A stretch of DNA of 32,000 nucleotides, taken from NCBI RefSeq assembly GCF_000179635.2, contig NC_014833.1:2190001-2222000 (forward strand). The letters run 5' to 3'. Under the pieces are notes generated by a model, which was not told the DNA's origin, did no database searches, and saw only the letters and a list, made by a program, of their open reading frames with translations. The first letter of the stretch is position 1. The number at the start of each line of letters is the position of its first letter. The position numbers were made by a program, and so were the translations under genes. Shown piece by piece: positions 7,700 to 13,846 of this stretch. Source of the stretch: Ruminococcus albus 7 = DSM 20455. Lineage in GTDB: Bacteria > Bacillota > Clostridia > Oscillospirales > Ruminococcaceae.

Positions 7700-8875
7700 A
7701 TGATCGTTGTTGGTATTGATGTGGCAAAGGACAAGCATGACTGCTTTATTGTTGATTCTGAAGGTACAGTACTCTTTGATGTGTTCACTATCCCAAACAC
7801 TCTTGACGGCTTTAATATCCTGCTTGATAACATCAAGTCCGTTACCGAAAATTTTGACATAATAAAAGTAGGACTCGAGGCTACGGGACATTACAGCTAC
7901 AATCTGTTGGGATTTCTGTTGAACAACGGCCTGCCAACCTACGTTCTGAACCCTTTGCACACTAATCTTTACCGAAAAAGCCTTACACTTCGTAAAACGA
8001 AGACAGACAAGGCAGATGCGCGCGTGATTGCTTCTATGCTAATGTCTTGCGTAGACCTAAAGCCCTACACAAATACATTATATCAGAGCGAAGAGCTAAA
8101 GTCAATGACCAGATACAGATTTGACAAGGTTTCCGAGCGTGCAAAGCTCAAGACCTCCGTATCAAGGCTTGTGACTATTCTCTTTCCCGAACTTGAAGCG
8201 CTCGTGCCTTCGCTGCACATGAAGTCTGTCTATACTCTTTTGAGCGAGTTTCCTTCAGCGCAGCATATCGCAAATGCTCACCTTACAAGGCTTGCCAATC
8301 TGCTTTCAGAGACTTCCAAAGGTCACTACGGCAAGGACAAAGCTATTCAGATCAGAGGTGCCGCAAGACGCTCTGTCGGCTCTGTAATGCCTGCAAAGTC
8401 GCTGGAACTCAGGCACACCATAAAGCTCATTGCTGACCTGACCGAGCAGATAGATGAGATAGAAACCGAGATAAAGAAGCTGGTCGATGCAACCGACACT
8501 ACACTTCTGACCGTTCCCGGTCTCAGCTATTCAACTGTCGCTATGATCCTCGCAGAGGTCGGTGACTTTTCAAACTTCGCAACACCCGACAAAGTACTTG
8601 CATTTGCGGGAATGTCGCCCTCTACATACCAATCGGGACAGCTGACGAATTGTTATGCCAAGATGGAAAAGCGCGGCTCAAAGTATCTTCGCTATGCTCT
8701 CTACAACGCTGCCAAATTCGTCTGCACCTGGGACAAGACATTCAAAGATTATCTCGCCAAGAAGCGAGCCGAGGGCAAGCATTACAATGTTGCATTATCT
8801 CACGCTGTCAAGAAACTCGTCAGACTCATTTTTGCTCTTGAAAAGTCTCATTCGCCATATCAGCCTGTTGTTTGA
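7700..8875 (+). CDS. IS110-family transposase/recombinase (DEDD_Tnp_IS110 + Transposase_20 domains)
   Basis: N-terminus MIVVGIDVAKDKHD and GLEATGHY (RuvC-like DEDD fold). The C-terminal motif is VPGLSYSTVAMILAEVGDFSNFATPDKVLAFAGMSPSTYQSGQ. A GGAGG RBS lies 7 nt before ATG 7700, so the longer ORF from 7661 is unlikely. Confidence 0.9.
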   Translation: MIVVGIDVAKDKHDCFIVDSEGTVLFDVFTIPNTLDGFNILLDNIKSVTENFDIIKVGLEATGHYSYNLLGFLLNNGLPTYVLNPLHTNLYRKSLTLRKTKTDKADARVIASMLMSCVDLKPYTNTLYQSEELKSMTRYRFDKVSERAKLKTSVSRLVTILFPELEALVPSLHMKSVYTLLSEFPSAQHIANAHLTRLANLLSETSKGHYGKDKAIQIRGAARRSVGSVMPAKSLELRHTIKLIADLTEQIDEIETEIKKLVDATDTTLLTVPGLSYSTVAMILAEVGDFSNFATPDKVLAFAGMSPSTYQSGQLTNCYAKMEKRGSKYLRYALYNAAKFVCTWDKTFKDYLAKKRAEGKHYNVALSHAVKKLVRLIFALEKSHSPYQPVV

Positions 8876-8934
8876 AATTTTTGTTAATCTTCATTTTTAG
8901 GGGTTGACTTTTGATAGTTAGTCTTTCGCATATA

Positions 8935-10488
8935 TCAGATAGTGGGCTTATCCGTTTCGGGCAGACCGGTTATATAATGGTATGGGCTCTTGCCATACCA
9001 CTGTTCCTGATACGGAAGTTTGGTATGTGCTGAAATATTCCGCGCATAGGCTGTGTTTTTCAGAGTTCTCTCTATCCTCTTTGCAAGGGAGTATGCTCCC
9101 GTAAAACCGAAATATGTAAATCTCTGTGCAAACAATGTGAGCGAAGGTACGCCTGCCTTTACAAGCCATACACCTACTGAGGGGTGAGATATGGCAATAT
9201 CCGGTTTAAGCTTGTATACCATGTTAACTAGCTCGTTTGCCTGAGTTGAAACAGCATTCTGAACATCACCTATCTTTTCCTGGACCTCGCTGAACAGCTG
9301 ATCTCCGAATTCATCATAGTTGAAGTTTCTGAAACCCACAACTTTAAGTCCTATCTCATCTGCCAGAAGTCCCGTTGCACCAATACGTAGAAAACCGCCG
9401 CTTATCAGAACGCTCTTTCCCTCTACATTTTTTCTTATTGGTACCAGCGCCTTTTTCAGCTTTTCAGTTTCCTTTTTCAGCAGAAAATCTGCTTCTTTTT
9501 CAAGGCCGAAAAATTCAGCTATGGCTTTTATGAACTTTACTGTCTGATCTGTACCTATAGGGATTGTGGGGAGTATATATGGTATACCGAATTCCCTTTT
9601 CAGATACTCAAGGAAATATACATCATGTACATGACAAAAGCTTACATTCAGTGCAGTCTCGGTAATAAACCTCCAGTCATCGGGCTCTTTGTATTCAACG
9701 AATATATTGACATTGATCCCCAAAGCATTCAAAAGTCTCTTGATCTCCTTTTCATCTCCGGGACCAATGGACCATGCGTTATACAGGGTCACAGTGCGGC
9801 TCTTTTTGTATTCGTAGCGCTGCTTTTTGATCTCGTAGTCGGGATCGCTCTTGTCAAATGGGGTATAGTCGATATATTTTTTAGGCTCAAAGCCAAACCT
9901 GTGCATTATGCCGTGGTACACAACATCATACGCCGAAGAAAATACCTTCGCACCGAAACCGGGACAATGGAGCGGTACAACTGTTGCTGTTACCTGCTCC
10001 TGAGCATGGTTAACAACGCTTTCTATATCATCTCCGATAACTCCGGGGGCGCAGGTATTGCAGACAAATATAGCTGTGGGACGGAAGCGTCTGTCGGCTT
10101 CGATAATGGTATCGTAAAGCTTTTCATTTCCGCCGCTGATAACGTCAGTCTCTGTCAGATTTGTACTCAGCCATCTTACACCTTCCATCTTCACTCCGCG
10201 TGCAGCACCGTACTGCTTTATGCTGAAATCAATACCATGGGACTGTGAACCGCAGCCAACAGGACCATGCATTATTACGACGGAATCCTTTGTCGAGAAT
10301 GAAATCAGTGTCGAAACACCCATCTGGCAGAACATAGCCTGCGTAAAGCTGCGGTCGCATCTACCAAGACATCCTGCGCATGAACCGCTCCTGAGATCAC
10401 TTGTACATCCGCCGAAAGCATAGGCTGTGGCTCTCTGCCTTTCTCTGGGATTTGGTACCTGCACATCAAAATTTACATCGAATTTCAT
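8935..10488 (-). CDS. nitrogenase component-1 family (Oxidored_nitro) protein, alpha-type (NifD/NifE-like)
   Basis: HGPVGCG (10252-10269), STNLTETDVISGGNEKL, CNTCAPGVIGDDIE, LHCPGFG and FCHVHDVYFLEYLKREFGIPY align by eye with NifD segments HGPVGC, CPVGLIGDDI, RCEGFRG and [21 protein letters not shown]. A GGAGG RBS lies 9 nt upstream, and the gene starts 6 nt after the preceding gene's stop. Confidence 0.8.
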   Translation of the reverse strand: MKFDVNFDVQVPNPRERQRATAYAFGGCTSDLRSGSCAGCLGRCDRSFTQAMFCQMGVSTLISFSTKDSVVIMHGPVGCGSQSHGIDFSIKQYGAARGVKMEGVRWLSTNLTETDVISGGNEKLYDTIIEADRRFRPTAIFVCNTCAPGVIGDDIESVVNHAQEQVTATVVPLHCPGFGAKVFSSAYDVVYHGIMHRFGFEPKKYIDYTPFDKSDPDYEIKKQRYEYKKSRTVTLYNAWSIGPGDEKEIKRLLNALGINVNIFVEYKEPDDWRFITETALNVSFCHVHDVYFLEYLKREFGIPYILPTIPIGTDQTVKFIKAIAEFFGLEKEADFLLKKETEKLKKALVPIRKNVEGKSVLISGGFLRIGATGLLADEIGLKVVGFRNFNYDEFGDQLFSEVQEKIGDVQNAVSTQANELVNMVYKLKPDIAISHPSVGVWLVKAGVPSLTLFAQRFTYFGFTGAYSLAKRIERTLKNTAYARNISAHTKLPYQEQWYGKSPYHYITGLPETDKPTI

Positions 10489-10494
10489 ATATCT

Positions 10495-11829
10495 TTACCT
10501 CCCCGATACCTGTGCTGTTATCAGATCTTCCAGCAGTGCAAGTCCGCCGTTGAAGCCTGCGTATGTTTTATTGAGTATGATACGGCTCATTGCAGGAAAG
10601 CTTATATTCAGGAAATTTCCGTTCAGTACCTGTGAAAGCTTTCTGTCGATGGAACTGCCAAGAACGAATGCAGGCTCAAGTTTTTCATAATAGGTATCCG
10701 ACAAAAACTGAGGGTCATTCTGTGTGATGTACTGCTGTATCTTTGAGGTATCCGTTTCAAATACAAGCTTCGGACGATATTCAAAAGGCAGTTCTTCAAA
10801 ATGTTGGCGAATGATCTCCTTATTTTTCTCCCTAAGCTCATCGGTTATAAATACATACTCGGGAAGCCAGCCTATCTCGTTATCAAGATATTGTGCATAA
10901 GAGAGTGCCTGTGTCGCATTGTTGACTACCACTGCATAGTTCTGGAAATCCGTATCTGCAATAACGTCGGTTGCTCTGTCAACATAGCTGTAATAACGCT
11001 CAACTTCTTTTTCAAGAGCTTTTTCAGCAAATTCCCTGTCAATGCCAAGCTTTTCTGCTATTTCAATTGCAAACTTAACTGAAGCATTGCTGCCGATAGG
11101 AAGATCGGTAACTATATAATCTATACCGTGCTTTTCCTTAGCCGCCTTTGCAGCTCTTATTCCGTTTACAGGTGAAAGAACGATATTCAAAGCTGCTTTA
11201 CCGGCATTTCTGATATCCTCGATTGTCTGGTCGAGTGTTACAAAGGTAGTTGCTTTAACACCGATAAGTGAGAGTATTCTCCTTATCTCTTCAAGGTCGC
11301 CCCTGAAAAACGGATCGTATGCAGGTACAAGTCCAAGCAGATTAACAAGCTTTTCATCTTTTTCTTTTGTTACGGGTATGTACTGTTCAAAAAAGCTCTT
11401 TATCACGATATCATAACCATAGTAAGAATTGCCCTTGAATCCGCCTGTATCAACGAATATCAGAGGATACTCGGGTCTTTCTACCTCGCTGATGACCGCT
11501 TCAACATCATCACCGATAAGATCGGTCATACAGCTTGTAACTACTACAAAAAGATCGCCGTCCATTACATCGTAGGCCGCAAGTATCTCTTTTCTGAGCT
11601 TCTCAGCACCACCAAAGATGATCTCCTTTTCACTTACATTTGAACTGGGAAGTGAAGCACCGCCGCAATAACCAACTCCCAGATATCCGCCGTAAGCAAA
11701 TGAATTTGTCAGCTGACCGCCGCAGCCCTGTGCTCCGTGTATTATAGGTATTACTCTCGGAAGAGAGGTGAGAGTTGCTAGTGCGCCTCCCAGCATACAT
11801 GAAAACCTTGGTCTTTCAATAAATGACAT
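10495..11829 (-). CDS. nitrogenase component-1 family (Oxidored_nitro) protein, beta-type (NifK/NifN-like)
   Basis: FSCMLGGALA, HGAQGCGG and VVVTSCMTDLIGDDVEAV match the three NifK/NifN cluster-Cys motifs (aCqPlGA, HGSQGC, TTCmxExIGDD). I prefer the start at ATG 11829 (MSFIERPRF) because a GGAGGG RBS lies 5 nt upstream. The GTG at 11847 would overlap the cysK stop. Confidence 0.8.
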   Translation of the reverse strand: MSFIERPRFSCMLGGALATLTSLPRVIPIIHGAQGCGGQLTNSFAYGGYLGVGYCGGASLPSSNVSEKEIIFGGAEKLRKEILAAYDVMDGDLFVVVTSCMTDLIGDDVEAVISEVERPEYPLIFVDTGGFKGNSYYGYDIVIKSFFEQYIPVTKEKDEKLVNLLGLVPAYDPFFRGDLEEIRRILSLIGVKATTFVTLDQTIEDIRNAGKAALNIVLSPVNGIRAAKAAKEKHGIDYIVTDLPIGSNASVKFAIEIAEKLGIDREFAEKALEKEVERYYSYVDRATDVIADTDFQNYAVVVNNATQALSYAQYLDNEIGWLPEYVFITDELREKNKEIIRQHFEELPFEYRPKLVFETDTSKIQQYITQNDPQFLSDTYYEKLEPAFVLGSSIDRKLSQVLNGNFLNISFPAMSRIILNKTYAGFNGGLALLEDLITAQVSGR

Positions 11830-11843
11830 GATATCCCTCCTTA

Positions 11844-12791
11844 TCACGCAAGTTCCGCAGGCTGATCGAAAAGTGCGGTACTAAGGTAACGTTCTCCCGT
11901 ATCAGGCAGAAGCACAACTATGCGCTTGCCTTTATTCTCTTTGCGTTTAGCAAGTTCGATAGCGGCAAACAATGCTGCACCCGATGAGATACCCACCAGC
12001 AGTCCCTCAAGTCTTGCCGCTGTTCGTGCAGTTTCCAGAGCTTCCTTGTTCTTCACCCTGAATATCTCATCAATTACTTCTCTGTCAAAGATATGCGGAA
12101 CAAATCCGGCACCTATACCCTGTATCGCATGAGGTCCGGGAGCTTCACCCGAAAGAACAGAGGAATCATAGGGTTCAACTGCTATAACTTTTGTATCGGG
12201 ATCATTCTGTTTAAGAGCTCTGCCTGTACCTGTTACAGTTCCGCCGGTACCCACTCCTGCAACGAAGTAATCCACCTTACCATCGGTATCTCTTATGATC
12301 TCCTGTGCAGTAGTTTTTGTATGTATTTCCGGATTTACAGGGTTATCGAACTGCTGTGGGATAAATGAATCCTCTATCACCGCATTGAGTTCTTCCGCCT
12401 TGCGGATAGCACCCTTCATACCCTCTGCCGCAGGAGTAAGAATAACCTTTGCCCCAAGCTGAGTTACCAGCCTGCGTCTTTCTACCGACATACTCTCGGG
12501 CATTGTAAGTATAACTTTATATCCCTTGACTGCCCCGACAAATGCAAGCCCGATGCCTGTATTTCCGCTTGTGGGTTCAATTATGGTATAACCTTCTTTT
12601 AAAAGTCCTTTTTCCTCTGCATCTTCTATCATCGCCAGAGCTATCCTGTCCTTTACGCTTCCCAGAGGATTGAAGTATTCAAGCTTTGCATACACCTCTG
12701 CATATAGTTCGTCATCTCCTGCCAGCCTGCTTATTTTCAAAAGCGGCGTATTGCCTATAAGCTCTGTCAGATTTTCTGCTGTCTTTGACAT
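11844..12791 (-). CDS. cysK: cysteine synthase A (O-acetylserine sulfhydrylase, PLP-dependent)
   Basis: [11 protein letters not shown] (PLP lysine), [12 protein letters not shown] and [11 protein letters not shown] motifs in ~315 aa. The start is ATG 12791, or GTG 12797 two codons upstream. Confidence 0.9.
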   Translation of the reverse strand: MSKTAENLTELIGNTPLLKISRLAGDDELYAEVYAKLEYFNPLGSVKDRIALAMIEDAEEKGLLKEGYTIIEPTSGNTGIGLAFVGAVKGYKVILTMPESMSVERRRLVTQLGAKVILTPAAEGMKGAIRKAEELNAVIEDSFIPQQFDNPVNPEIHTKTTAQEIIRDTDGKVDYFVAGVGTGGTVTGTGRALKQNDPDTKVIAVEPYDSSVLSGEAPGPHAIQGIGAGFVPHIFDREVIDEIFRVKNKEALETARTAARLEGLLVGISSGAALFAAIELAKRKENKGKRIVVLLPDTGERYLSTALFDQPAELA

Positions 12792-12808
12792 GATCACATC
12801 ACCTTTCC

Positions 12809-13150
12809 TTACTTGCTGCGTTTTCTGTACTCTACGATCTTTTCGATCACATAATCAGTATCAGAACCGGGCATTTCAAAATATTTCTTTCTTTGGGTCT
12901 CAAAATATCTCTGTATCCTGCTCCCGATGCGTGCGGCGATAACATACTGGCAGTTTTCCACAAGTTCAAGTCTTGCTTCTGCACCTCTGTGATCTCCGCT
13001 GCATCCTTCCTGATTTCCAAAGGATATTGTTTTTTCCTTGGCGGAAACATCATCTTCGATACGATAGATATCAAAACGTGAAGCAGAACCGAAGTGCTGG
13101 TCTACTTTATGTCCGTCCGCCGTAGCAACTGCTATTCGATATTGGCTCAT
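12809..13150 (-). CDS. NifX/NifB-C-terminal-like dinitrogenase FeMo-cofactor-binding family protein (Nitro_FeMo-Co)
   Basis: [31 protein letters not shown] is the signature N-terminus of this small-protein family, and [14 protein letters not shown] fits the family's C-terminal half. An AAGGAGAG RBS lies 8 nt before ATG 13150. The annotated longer ORF start at 13177 lacks an RBS. Confidence 0.8.
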   Translation of the reverse strand: MSQYRIAVATADGHKVDQHFGSASRFDIYRIEDDVSAKEKTISFGNQEGCSGDHRGAEARLELVENCQYVIAARIGSRIQRYFETQRKKYFEMPGSDTDYVIEKIVEYRKRSK

Positions 13151-13196
13151 AAAATTTACTCTCCTTATCAAATTCATTTATAGTTATTGTTAAAAT

Positions 13197-13233
13197 TCAT
13201 ATCTTATAGATTTGATTAATATATCATATCTTA
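13197..13233 (-). promoter_or_regulatory. 10-bp direct repeat in the operon leader (candidate operator)
   Basis: TCATATCTTA occurs at 13197-13206 and 13224-13233 (minus-strand TAAGATATGA), 27 bp apart. Both copies sit between the predicted -10 and the RBS. Confidence 0.3.
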
Positions 13234-13247
13234 CTTTATTGATTTTA

Positions 13248-13275
13248 ATTATATCATAAAAATTCCTTCCGTCAA
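13248..13275 (-). promoter_or_regulatory. sigma-A type promoter for the nifX-like/cysK/nitrogenase-like operon
   Basis: On the minus strand: TTGACG (13275-13270), a 16-nt spacer, then extended -10 TGATATAAT (13256-13248). It lies about 100 nt upstream of ATG 13150. Confidence 0.55.
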
Positions 13276-13846
13276 CTAAAATATAGAGCAACGTTATTAT
13301 AACATTTGACTTTCAATAACTAATATGCCTAAATTTGTTAATAAGGTATGAGTAAAATATCTCTTTGTAGTAAAATTCCTTGGATTTACAGGTTTTGCTG
13401 TAAAAGGAAATGCGTTAAATACTAAATACGTGATAACGTTACATCTCTTGAAACAGAGCTTTTCTAGTCATTAAGCTGATCAACACTTTTTGGATCATTC
13501 CATTTAACTACTGATCTGTGATAATTGATATCACCAAGCCTAAAAAACACAACATAATACGGCTTTGTTCGCAGTCCGAAATGCACCAATAAAAACGTAA
13601 AATGACAACAAAGACTCCTTATGATCTATTTCTTTTTGAATTTACATGGTACTTCCCTTCTATATTTTAGTTTTACTCATGAAACTAAAATAGTACTGCT
13701 ACAGAGTGTGAGATTTGAAGATGATTGTGCAGGATATGTAATAAAAAAAGCAGGATAATCTATTGTTAAAATTATTAAATTGAAGTACAATTATAATCGC
13801 AGCGGAAGGATTCTGCATTAACTATCCATAATAAGGAGGAATATCC

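Larger units (their letters stand above)
7500..8930 (+). mobile_element. IS110-family insertion sequence (boundaries approximate)
   Basis: A single DEDD-type transposase gene sits with ~200 nt of upstream and <60 nt of downstream non-coding DNA. It lies in opposite orientation between two genes of one minus-strand operon. IS110 elements lack terminal inverted repeats, so the exact ends cannot be read from a single copy. Confidence 0.7.

Noticed and set aside
9625-10690. Plus-strand ORFs (207, 67 and 87 aa) overlapping the nitrogenase-like genes
   Set aside because: They are shadow frames of strongly supported minus-strand genes, with no motifs or translation signals.
8935-13177. Calling this a genuine nif (N2-fixation) operon
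   Set aside because: The window has no nifH, nifB, nifV or other nif genes. CysK sits inside the operon, the subunit order is reversed, and the array continues into a sulfonate-type importer. A nitrogenase-like (group IV-type) role is more consistent.
13151-13846. S-box (SAM) or T-box riboswitch upstream of the cysK-containing operon
   Set aside because: I read the minus strand and saw none of the conserved S-box or T-box sequence blocks. The predicted promoter leaves only a ~90-nt leader, too short for either element. This was not tested with covariance models.
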